From positions 1,140,001 through 1,172,000 of the forward strand of contig JALDRA010000001.1 in assembly GCA_031316235.1 (NCBI GenBank): DNA of 32,000 nt. Reading direction: 5' to 3'. Source of the stretch: Candidatus Scalindua sp. (GTDB taxonomy: Bacteria > Planctomycetota > Brocadiia > Brocadiales > Scalinduaceae). The first letter of the stretch is position 1. The number at the start of each line of letters is the position of its first letter. Made by a program: the position numbers and the translations under genes. This document shows positions 1-7,785 of this stretch, piece after piece. The notes under the pieces were generated by a model. It was not told where the DNA came from, made no database searches, and saw nothing but the letters and a program-made list of their open reading frames with translations.

Positions 1-126
1 TACGGCATTAAACGAACTGAATCCGAATCGTTTCCGTATCTCGTCATAGGTCGGCGCCACCTTGTTCTTTTTTATGTATCTTTCTATATAGATAAAAATA
101 TCTTTTTGTCGTGGTGTTAAATGCAT
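1..126 (-). CDS. lexA: LexA repressor, N-terminal fragment running off the left window edge
   Basis: Minus-strand ATG at 126. The translation MHLTPRQKDIFIYIERYIKKNKVAPTYDEIRKRFGFSSFNAV fits the LexA winged-helix N-terminus (LTxRQ, PxxxEI). It is absent from the ORF track because no stop falls in the window. Confidence 0.7.
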   Translation of the reverse strand, partial: MHLTPRQKDIFIYIERYIKKNKVAPTYDEIRKRFGFSSFNAV

Positions 127-411
127 GGTCTGGCATGTGCGGCTAAACTGTGCAACTCAATTTATGTAACATTTTAAATCTTTTTCAGAAATTCTATTTT
201 GGAAGCGTTCAAAAGGTTCAGAGTTCACCGTTCTGGGTTACCTTTCTTTCGTTGACCATCCCTGCCAGAACTTCCTTTTCTGACTGGTGAACGGCCTTGA
301 TGGCCGACCAGGATTGTAGGACAGCCAACACTTTCAAAACTTACGAATGAACGGTTTAGACCAGATCAACGGATAGCAGGCTTTCGACGAACCCGGAACC
401 TTACAACACTG

Positions 412-430
412 AACGGCTGCACCGTTTTTT
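412..430 (+). terminator. Possible intrinsic terminator
   Basis: AACGG-ctgca-CCGTT hairpin running into a T6 tract. Confidence 0.3.
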
Positions 431-479
431 AATGTATAGGTGAAAATAAGGTGAAAGTCAAGTTATTTCTAAAAATTTT

Positions 480-531
480 AAATTTCACTTGAAAATTGCT
501 TTAAAGTAATATAAACCATGACTATGATATT
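480..531 (+). repeat. Rep4 copy 1 (~50 bp, promoter-like), followed by core-like GTTACGC at 543-549
   Basis: AAATTTCACTTGAAAATTGCTTTAAAGTAATATAAACCATGACTATGATATT is near-identical to 25628-25678. A partial third copy lies at 4335-4363. Confidence 0.6.
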
Positions 532-643
532 GGAAATATAATGTTACGCCATTAACAATGTTGACCCAAGAGATGTTGATGATTCTGTCTGTCAAAAAGA
601 AAGGGAAACATTAAAACGTTCAGGAGAAAAATTCAATAAATTT

Positions 644-865
644 ATGAAAATGAAACGAGACAAAGAAGTAGAAATTCCTTATAAAATTAGAAATGAAAGG
701 TATAATGCGTTTTTAGAGGAGTATAGTTCTTATACTGAAGAGATATTAGAAGAACTACATAAAACACATTGTCAAACAAAATGGGGAAGTTCAGACTCTT
801 CTGAATATATGGCAATAGCACAACAATTGGCGAAAAAGAGAAGACAACGGCTACTTTCTCAATAA
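644..865 (+). CDS. Hypothetical 73-aa protein (cassette ORFan)
   Basis: ORF track. It lies between a core-like GTTACGC (543) and attC-like site 908-1033. No family recognised. Confidence 0.4.
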   Translation: MKMKRDKEVEIPYKIRNERYNAFLEEYSSYTEEILEELHKTHCQTKWGSSDSSEYMAIAQQLAKKRRQRLLSQ

Positions 866-907
866 ATTCTGTTAAAAGAATAGGGAAATGCTAAATATCA
901 TAAACCG

Positions 908-1033
908 TAGTATCAAGCGCATGAAGCCAACCACCAATAACTATAAGGTTTAATATTTATTGAAGCTGCCGCTCCAAGCTTCTCTTGTAAACATTACACT
1001 CAGGTGGTGGTTGCTTATGTTCAAACGTTAGGC
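908..1033 (+). repeat. attC-like site, family 1 copy A
   Basis: Shares the ~125-bp family-1 consensus with 13340, 22706, 27664 and 28334. The arms CATGAAGCCAACCACC and GGTGGTGGTTGCTTATG pair imperfectly with bulged bases. The 3' box GTTAGGC (1027-1033) fits GTTRRRY. The 5' box is degenerate (TAGTATC). Confidence 0.6.
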
Positions 1034-1051
1034 GGTGCAAGGGAAAACATT

Positions 1052-2323
1052 ATGGAATCTGCCATTTCAGCAGACCGTCTCAGGTTTCTCATCAATCGTT
1101 TGCGTAAGCGCCTTTGGGTGAAACCATTGGCGGTTTGCTTGTTGTCGGTCGGCGCGGCCTTCGTGGCGAAACTTGCTGATGACACCGCGCTAGCACAGTT
1201 CGTGCCTAAGATCGCACTTGACTCTATCGAGACGTTGCTGTCCGTCATGGCGGCCAGTATGTTGGTAATCGCCACCTTTTCGGTGGCGTCGATGGTGTCG
1301 GCATATGCTTCAGCTAGTAGTACCGCTACTCCGCGTTCATTTGGTTTGGTCGTTGCCGACGACGTATCCCAGAACGCGCTTTCGACTTTCGTTGGCGCTT
1401 TCATTTTCAGCATCGTGGCTCTAACGGCGGTTAAAAACGCCTACTTTGAAAAGGCAGGTCTGTTCATCCTCTTTATCCTGACGACGATAGTATTCGGGAT
1501 GGTAATCTTTACGTTTGTGCGCTGGGTTGACAGCATCGCCCGCCTTGGGCGCCTTGGATCGACGATTGACAAGGTTGAAAAGGCAACGGTTGAAGCCCTG
1601 AAACGACGACGTGCTGCGCCAAGCCTATATGGTATGCCGGAGGATAAATCTCGGGTACGGGGGCAACCAGTATTTGCAAAGAATATTGGATACGTGCAGC
1701 ATATCGACATGGCCGCAATTCAAGTGTGGGCCGAGGAAGCCAGCGCACGGGTGGTGGTAGCGGCATTGCCTGGTACGTTTGCTGCACCTGATCGGGTACT
1801 GGCGTATGTGAGCAGCTCATCAGGCAACCGGTCTGAAATTGACTACACGTGCGCTGTCGAGTCGTTTCAGATTGGAAACGAACGTCTTTTCGATGATGAC
1901 CCACGTTTTGGTCTGGTCGTTCTATCGGAAATAGCCGGTCGTGCTCTGTCACCGGCTGTAAATGACCCCGGTACGGCGATCAATATTATCGGCGTACTGC
2001 TTCGACTCTTTGCTCTGTGGAATGACCCGTCGAAAGGAGACGACACGAAAACGTGCAAGTATAATCTCGTAGAAGTGCCTCAGATTTCGATCCGCGATAT
2101 GTTCGATGACGCGTTCACAGCGATTTCCCGTGACGGTGCGGGGACGGTCGAAGTCGCAGTGCGGCTACAGAAGGCGCTGGGCACTCTGACATCGATTGGA
2201 CATTCTGAAATGAGGGATGCTGCTATCTATCATGGGCAGCTGGCACTGAAACGCGCATGCAAAGCGCTTGATTTGGATGAAGACCTGGCGGTCGTCCGAG
2301 ATGCGGCCAGCGAAGTAGGGTAG
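1052..2323 (+). CDS. Membrane protein, DUF2254-like
   Basis: ATG at 1052 is in frame with ORF 1004..2323 and lies just after the GTTAGGC box. It has N-terminal TM helices followed by a soluble domain, which resembles DUF2254. The gene is visibly GC-richer than its surroundings. Confidence 0.55.
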   Translation: MESAISADRLRFLINRLRKRLWVKPLAVCLLSVGAAFVAKLADDTALAQFVPKIALDSIETLLSVMAASMLVIATFSVASMVSAYASASSTATPRSFGLVVADDVSQNALSTFVGAFIFSIVALTAVKNAYFEKAGLFILFILTTIVFGMVIFTFVRWVDSIARLGRLGSTIDKVEKATVEALKRRRAAPSLYGMPEDKSRVRGQPVFAKNIGYVQHIDMAAIQVWAEEASARVVVAALPGTFAAPDRVLAYVSSSSGNRSEIDYTCAVESFQIGNERLFDDDPRFGLVVLSEIAGRALSPAVNDPGTAINIIGVLLRLFALWNDPSKGDDTKTCKYNLVEVPQISIRDMFDDAFTAISRDGAGTVEVAVRLQKALGTLTSIGHSEMRDAAIYHGQLALKRACKALDLDEDLAVVRDAASEVG

Positions 2324-2405
2324 GCATCGCCTATCGTCATTTATAATAGTAAGACGAGAAATTTATAGTGAATAGGATAAGCATTGCTTGACTTTTACAT
2401 GCTTT

Positions 2406-2760
2406 TCAGTTTTGGTTGGCAGGCAATGCCTGCCCTACTCGACTGACAGGCTCAAGTTCCTCTGAAACAGGCAGATCGAGAACATGTCTGTACAGAAATA
2501 CAATGGCATCCAACACCTGCCGCTGAGTTGATGCCGAAACATTCCGTTCTGTTGCCAGACGGCTCAAAAATGCCTCGATCTCAGTTTTTCCCATTTCACG
2601 AGGATGCTTTTTTGCATTTGTGAAACTTGATATAATACTCAATTCAGTCACAATACGTTCGTTCAGTGTGATATGCGTAATGATGATATCGTAATACCTG
2701 GCGAACCTGGTCCATAAGTTTCAAACGAGAATCCAGTTTAAATTTCTTCTTGATTTCCAT
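2406..2760 (-). pseudogene. intI: Integron-integrase-like tyrosine recombinase, N-terminal ~118 codons only
   Basis: The minus-strand reading MEIKKKFKLDSRLKLMDQVRQVLRYHHYAYHTERTYCD*IEYYIKFH, after a frameshift, continues NAKKHPREMGKTEIEAFLSRLATERNVSASTQRQVLDAIVFLYRHVL. This parallels the IntI1 N-terminus ([37 protein letters not shown]...[31 protein letters not shown]). There is a TGA where Trp is expected, one frameshift, and no catalytic domain. Confidence 0.7.
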
Positions 2761-2851
2761 GATATAGTTCATTAACGTAAATAGATGAAAAATTCAACTA
2801 CAAATATTCTATCTATTTATGAAAATATAAAAGTATATGGAAATTTTTCAG

Positions 2852-2902
2852 GTTGATAAATGCAATATGTACGAAATATTCCATTTATCAACGATGTTAG
2901 GC
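2852..2902 (+). other. attI-like junction: 11-bp inverted repeat plus GTTAGGC core
   Basis: GTTGATAAATG (2852-2862) and CATTTATCAAC (2882-2892) form a perfect inverted repeat, followed by GAT and then GTTAGGC (2896-2902). It lies between the divergent intI remnant and the first + strand ORF. Confidence 0.4.
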
Positions 2903-2977
2903 ATCGCGAGCACGAAGTACAGAAAGTAATTACGACACATTCGTAATATTATTCTCCAGTCAAAGAAGAGCATAAAA

Positions 2978-4156
2978 ATGACAAGTATATTTCTTAGCCA
3001 TAGTCATGCAGACAAACCTTTCGTAAGGAAGCTTGCGTCAGATTTGACTGAGAATGGGGTTAAAGTTTGGCTTGATGAGGCTGAAATGCTCATAGGAGAT
3101 TCGCTTATTGAAAAGATAAGTGCTGGACTTGAAGAAACCGCATTTGTCGGAGCCATATTATCAGAAAATTCTGTAACTTCGAGTTGGGTGAAAAGAGAGC
3201 TCGAAATAGCGATCAATGAAGAAATAGATGGAAAACAGAGAAAAGTTCTACCCATAGTAATTGAAAACTGTGACATTCCTAAATTTCTTGCAGGGAAGCT
3301 TTACGCCGATTTTAGAGACCCGGATACTTATAATCAAAAACTCAATATGGTTCTAAAAAGCCTAGGAATTAACGTTGATGTTTTGAGTGATAAACCATTT
3401 GAACCAGAAACAATACTAATTCCAAAAGGTAGTTTCCTTATGGGTAGTGATAGGAAAATTGATGACTACGCAGATGATGATGAACTACCCCTGCATGAGC
3501 TATACCTTGGATATTACTACTTGGGAAGAACGACGGTTACGAATAGTCAGTTTGCCGAATATGTACGTCAAACAAATAATATTCCGAAAAAGTGGAAGGA
3601 TTTTGGATATGACCCTGAGAAAGGGATTAAACAAAGCTTGCTTAATCACCCAGCGGTTTGGATTACTTGGTACGAGGCGCTCGATTATTGTGTTTGGCTA
3701 TCTGCTATGACCGGAAAAAAATACAAACTCCCGTCGGAAGCAGAGTGGGAGAAAGGTGCAAGAGGGACATCAGGTAGGATATACCCGTGGGGTGATAAGT
3801 ATTCTCCAGAACGCGCTAGAAACTGCGACAAAGGGGAAGTTGAAATCGACGAAATACATGTTGATGTAGAGTCTTATCACATAGGGGGCAGTCCTTATGG
3901 GTTGTTACATATGGCGGGTAATGTACAAGAATGGACTTCTAGCTTATGGGGTGCTAACCAAACAACGAGCTTTCCCTATCCATACAGTTCCTCTGATGGA
4001 AGGGAATATCAATTAGCGAATAGTGATATTGCTAGAGTAGTAAGAGGAGGTTCGTTCTTACATAATATGAAGGGCATAAGATGTGCGTACCGAAATGGTG
4101 TAAAACCAAATGACCCAGGTGCAGCCATAGGTTTTCGTATAGTGAAAGTCGTGTAA
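2978..4156 (+). CDS. TIR domain / FGE (SUMF1)-like domain fusion protein
   Basis: N-terminal TIR motifs: IFLSHSHADKPFV, VWLDEAEMLIGD, SSWVKRELEIA. C-terminal FGE-family motifs: HPAVWITWYEALDYCVWLS, LPSEAEWEKGARG, YPWGD, HMAGNVQEWT, RVVRGGSF, IGFRIV. Confidence 0.85.
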   Translation: MTSIFLSHSHADKPFVRKLASDLTENGVKVWLDEAEMLIGDSLIEKISAGLEETAFVGAILSENSVTSSWVKRELEIAINEEIDGKQRKVLPIVIENCDIPKFLAGKLYADFRDPDTYNQKLNMVLKSLGINVDVLSDKPFEPETILIPKGSFLMGSDRKIDDYADDDELPLHELYLGYYYLGRTTVTNSQFAEYVRQTNNIPKKWKDFGYDPEKGIKQSLLNHPAVWITWYEALDYCVWLSAMTGKKYKLPSEAEWEKGARGTSGRIYPWGDKYSPERARNCDKGEVEIDEIHVDVESYHIGGSPYGLLHMAGNVQEWTSSLWGANQTTSFPYPYSSSDGREYQLANSDIARVVRGGSFLHNMKGIRCAYRNGVKPNDPGAAIGFRIVKVV

Positions 4157-4164
4157 ATTTAAAT

Positions 4165-4517
4165 GTCTAACGCCAGCAATTAACTCGGACAAATCTCCGC
4201 GGTGCTTGTTTTGTGCTAAAAAAGAAAAGAAAAAGGGGTCAAAAAAGAAAAGGGGTCAGATCTTTCCATGACTGCATATCTGCTTTAAGACTGTATATTG
4301 CTTTTTTATATTTGTACTATTATTCATACTCTCTTTCAACCGAAAATTGCTTGAAGCTATAGTTTTGTAAGAGTTGGTTTTATATCTTTTTGCGATCTCT
4401 GGAAAACTCAGTCCTGATATACTAAAACCGATTTGGTTTTCGGTTTTACCGGAAACTCATTCAAAGCGGATTCGTAGGGCAGTTGACGGCTGTCAACACT
4501 GTTGAGAATCGTTAGAT
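4165..4517 (+). repeat. attC-like site, expanded or disrupted
   Basis: The 5' box GTCTAAC (4165-4171) lies 8 nt after the stop codon. The 3' box GTTAGAT (4511-4517) is near-complementary to it. The ~350-bp interval contains a MITE-1 fragment, a Rep4-like piece and GGGGTCA motifs. Confidence 0.4.
4418..4456 (-). mobile_element. MITE-1 fragment (one terminus only)
   Basis: TATACTAAAACCGATTTGGTTTTCGGTTTTACCGGAAAC matches the termini of full copies at 28065 and 30979, after which homology stops. Confidence 0.5.
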
Positions 4518-4566
4518 TTAATATTGTTTTCCGAACATAACACATATACAGTAAGGACAGTAAAAC

Positions 4567-4800
4567 ATGAAAACTTATGAATTTACCCTAATTATTTCGG
4601 AAGTAGACGATAAAAAAGCTGAGGCAATCTATAGTAAGTGTGCCGATTCAAGCTTAGGCAAACGTAACAGTACGACTTATGTTGCTTTCGATAGAGAAGC
4701 AGAGAGCCTGGAATATGCAATTGACTCAGCTATAACTGACCTAAAAAGTGTCGGTGTGCAGCCACTACACATCGAGATTGAAATTCCAGCTACGGTATAA
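4567..4800 (+). CDS. Hypothetical 77-aa protein (cassette ORFan)
   Basis: ORF track. It starts 50 nt after GTTAGAT. No family confidently recognised. Confidence 0.5.
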   Translation: MKTYEFTLIISEVDDKKAEAIYSKCADSSLGKRNSTTYVAFDREAESLEYAIDSAITDLKSVGVQPLHIEIEIPATV

Positions 4801-4828
4801 TCATTTATTTTCGTGACCTAAGCAGTGT

Positions 4829-4924
4829 AGGTGGGGGTCAAATCTTGATTTGTGATTAGTGTTGCATGTCTGTATTTATTGTTGACAAACATCGACAAAG
4901 CTAATAGAAACAGTGACTATTAAA
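4829..4924 (+). repeat. Rep3 copy a, carrying a sigma70-like promoter
   Basis: GGGGTCAAATCTTGATTTGTGATTAGTG...TATTTATTGTTGACAAACATCGACAAAGCTAATAGAAACAGTGA. TTGACA (4882-4887), a 17-nt spacer, then TAGAAA (4905-4910). Homologous to 18577, 23458 and partly 7712. Confidence 0.6.
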
Positions 4925-4925
4925 G

Positions 4926-5052
4926 ACCTAACCAGTCACTGGAGGTGACGCCTTTATCTCTTGCGATTTTTGAGTTTTTGGATTCTTTGCTTATTTTGTT
5001 TTTTTCCATTATTATATACGCCATACGGCGTACCTCACCTCAAACGTTATAC
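4926..5052 (+). repeat. attC-like site (singleton, 127 bp)
   Basis: 5' box ACCTAAC (4926-4932) and 3' box GTTATAC (5046-5052). The arm CAGTCACTGGAGGTGACGCC pairs with GGCGTACCTCACCTCAAAC. Confidence 0.6.
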
Positions 5053-5274
5053 GCTCAACGATAAAAGCATTATCAAGATTTAAAGTCATATTGAAGATTT
5101 TCTTTAAGGAACCTATATTTACTGTAAAATGAAAATATAAACAATTGTGTTTATACCGCTATATTGGAGTTATAAGAACAGTTTTTCCCATACACACGTT
5201 ACCGGTAAGCCGCTGAAATAACGCGTGAAACAAACAAATAAAAATTAAAACTATTAACAAACTGGGGGGCAACA

Positions 5275-7647
5275 ATGAAAAAAATCACCTACACCTTAAT
5301 TGCATTGGTATTACTATCAAGTGCGAGCTTCGCTTCATCAAATCAAAAAACAGATACGGCTATTGTTACCAATAGTATCGACAGAACAATTCTTCCAATA
5401 AAAGAACCGACTCCACCAACCTTCACTGAATTGGATGTGCGCAATGCAAAGTTGCCCCCCCGATTTGAGGTCAAAGCTCCTGAAGGAGCACCCAATGTGC
5501 TATTGGTTTTAATTGATGATCTTGGCTTTGCGGGTACGAGCACCTTCGGTGGTCCGGTTCCTACACCTGCTTTTGATAAGGTCGCAAATGAAGGACTTTA
5601 TTTTAATAATTTTCATACCACTGCTGTGTGCTCGCCCACCAGAACGGCATTAAAAAGTGGCCGCAACCACCATGTTGGCAACATGGGAAGCATTATTGAA
5701 ACCGGCACTGGTTTCCCTGGAAATACAGGCAAGATTCCACAAAATGTTACACCAGTTGCGGAAATGCTACGATTAAATGGTTACTCGACTGCCGCATTTG
5801 GTAAATGGCATGAGTTAGCAGCATGGGAGGCAAACGTTTCCGGGCCTTTTGACCGTTGGCCTACGCGTCAAGGATTTGATAAGTTTTATGGATTCCTCGG
5901 TGGGGAAACCAATCAATGGGCTCCATTTATATACGATGGTGTTCATCCTGTTGAGTTACCGGATGATCCAAATTATCACTTCATGGAAGATATGACAGAT
6001 CAAGCGACAGCATGGATAAAATATCAAAAAGCCTTAACGCCCGACAAACCATTTTTTTTGTATTTTGCTCCTGGTGCTACTCACGCTCCGCATCATGTAC
6101 CACAAAGTTATATTAACAAGTGGAAAGGAAAATTTGATGGGGGTTGGGATGCCATGCGTGAACAGATTTTGGCTCGTCAAATTGAAATAGGCATTACACC
6201 AAAAGGAACCAAATTGGCTCCAAAACCTGAAGCAATACAAGAGTGGGAAAGTCTTTCAGCAGATGAAAAACGACTTTATGCGAAACAAGCCGAAGTTTTT
6301 GCCGCATTTCTTGAAATGACGGATTATGAAGTTGGACGCCTGATTGATGCAATTGACGAGATTGGTCAAGCAGAGAATACAATGGTTATTTTTGTTTATG
6401 GCGATAATGGTACCAGTGCGGAAGGTGGAACAAGCGGTATGTACAGCGAAATGACCTACTTTAATGGGGTACAAGAAACCGTTCCGGATATGCTAAAGAA
6501 AATTGATGAGTGGGGTGGTCCGAACACGTACCCTCATATGGCTGCCGGTTGGGCCGTAATGTTTGATACACCATACAAATGGACTAAGCAAATGGGATCA
6601 GACCATGGTGGAACTAAAGTGGGTATGGCTATTCGCTGGCCAAAAGGAATTAAGGCAAAAGGAGAATTGCGTACACAATTTACACATGTAATTGATGTAG
6701 CTCCGACCATTTTAGAAGCAATTGGATTACCAGAGCCAACAGAAGTTAATGGAGTAGCGCAACGACCAATGGATGGAACAAGCATGTTGTACACTTTCAA
6801 TGAAGCAAATGCTAAAGAAAGACATACTACTCAATATTTTGAAATGTTTGGTAACCGGGCTATGTATCATGATGGCTGGTATGCAAGAACCATTCATAGA
6901 GCTCCATGGGAAAAAACGCCAAGAAGACCTCTTACTGAGGATATTTGGGAACTTTACGAAGTGGCCAATGATTTTAGTTTAATAAATGATCTTTCAGCTG
7001 AACATCCTGAAAAATTAAAAGAGCTACAAGACCTATTTATGAAAGTAGCGGAAGAAAATCACGTGTTGCCCATTGACGACCGTGTGTTCGAACGCATCAT
7101 TGCAGCAAATGTAGGACGTCCTGATATTATGGCGGGCCGTAGTTCATTAACATTAGCTGAAGGCATGACGGGTATGACCGAAAACACTTTCCTGAATATA
7201 AAAAATAAATCAGTAGTTATTACTGCTGAAATTAAGGTTAAAGAAGGCGCCTCTTCGAATGGAATTATTATTGCTCAAGGTGGTCGTTTTGGCGGTTGGG
7301 CATTGTATGTAAAAGATGGCGTTCCTGCTTACGACTATAATTTCTTAGGAATTGAACGTTATACGGTAAAAGCTTCAGAAAAGTTAAAACCCGGTAAATA
7401 CACCATCAAATTTGATTTTGCTTACGATGGTGGTGGTATTGGTAAAGGCGGAATGGGTACCTTCTATATAAATGGCACTAAATCGGGTGAAGGCCGGATA
7501 GAACGCACACAACCCGCAATATTCTCTGCCGATGAAACTGCCGATGTTGGCATCGATCTATCTACACCGGTAGTAGAAACTATTGGCGCAGAACATAAAT
7601 CAAAATTTAACGGACATATACCAAAAGTGGTTGTTGAAGTGAAATAA
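5275..7647 (+). CDS. Exported Cys-type arylsulfatase (~790 aa, AtsA-like)
   Basis: Signal peptide MKKITYTLIALVLLSSASFA. Sulfatase signature TAVCSPTRTALKSGR (CxPxR), plus LIDDLGF and GKWH motifs. Confidence 0.9.
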   Translation: MKKITYTLIALVLLSSASFASSNQKTDTAIVTNSIDRTILPIKEPTPPTFTELDVRNAKLPPRFEVKAPEGAPNVLLVLIDDLGFAGTSTFGGPVPTPAFDKVANEGLYFNNFHTTAVCSPTRTALKSGRNHHVGNMGSIIETGTGFPGNTGKIPQNVTPVAEMLRLNGYSTAAFGKWHELAAWEANVSGPFDRWPTRQGFDKFYGFLGGETNQWAPFIYDGVHPVELPDDPNYHFMEDMTDQATAWIKYQKALTPDKPFFLYFAPGATHAPHHVPQSYINKWKGKFDGGWDAMREQILARQIEIGITPKGTKLAPKPEAIQEWESLSADEKRLYAKQAEVFAAFLEMTDYEVGRLIDAIDEIGQAENTMVIFVYGDNGTSAEGGTSGMYSEMTYFNGVQETVPDMLKKIDEWGGPNTYPHMAAGWAVMFDTPYKWTKQMGSDHGGTKVGMAIRWPKGIKAKGELRTQFTHVIDVAPTILEAIGLPEPTEVNGVAQRPMDGTSMLYTFNEANAKERHTTQYFEMFGNRAMYHDGWYARTIHRAPWEKTPRRPLTEDIWELYEVANDFSLINDLSAEHPEKLKELQDLFMKVAEENHVLPIDDRVFERIIAANVGRPDIMAGRSSLTLAEGMTGMTENTFLNIKNKSVVITAEIKVKEGASSNGIIIAQGGRFGGWALYVKDGVPAYDYNFLGIERYTVKASEKLKPGKYTIKFDFAYDGGGIGKGGMGTFYINGTKSGEGRIERTQPAIFSADETADVGIDLSTPVVETIGAEHKSKFNGHIPKVVVEVK

Positions 7648-7714
7648 ATTGACAACTAAAAACTTATTTGGAGTTCAAGCAATAGCTGTGGATTGGCATG
7701 CACTTGGATTGGGG

Positions 7715-7780
7715 TCACATCTTGATTAGTGAGCTCAAAAATAAGTATAATCTCTAATCAAGATGTGATGCTTTATTTTT
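7715..7780 (+). terminator. 15-bp perfect hairpin plus T-rich tail
   Basis: TCACATCTTGATTAG (7715-7729) and CTAATCAAGATGTGA (7754-7768) with a 24-nt loop, followed by TGCTTTATTTTT. It sits between the convergent sulfatase gene and the recombinase remnant. Confidence 0.45.
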
Positions 7781-7785
7781 CAGTC

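Noticed and set aside
127-200. An SOS (LexA) box upstream of lexA, and a functional link between lexA and the integron
   Set aside because: I found no convincing match to the LexA-box consensus types I know (CTGT-N8-ACAG, GAAC-N4-GTTC, GGTT-N2-C-N4-G-N3-ACC). Adjacency to the array is most simply a coincidence.
3900-4156. A diversity-generating retroelement targeting the FGE/C-type-lectin-fold C-terminus
   Set aside because: I saw no second (template) copy of the C-terminal coding region and no reverse-transcriptase ORF in the window. This cannot be excluded genome-wide.
2978-7647. The FGE-like domain of the TIR fusion acting as the maturase for the neighbouring Cys-type arylsulfatase
   Set aside because: The paired catalytic cysteines of true FGEs appear to be absent. 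The two genes are in different cassettes, separated by two attC-like sites and another ORF. Fusion to a TIR domain makes a housekeeping maturase role unlikely.
1021-7655. Short alternative-frame or antisense ORFs inside the DUF2254, TIR-FGE and sulfatase genes (for example 1021..1413 -, 1509..1952 -, 3004..3276 -, 3447..3710 +, 6534..6800 -)
   Set aside because: Each is fully nested in a longer ORF that has a clear family signature, and none has independent start signals.
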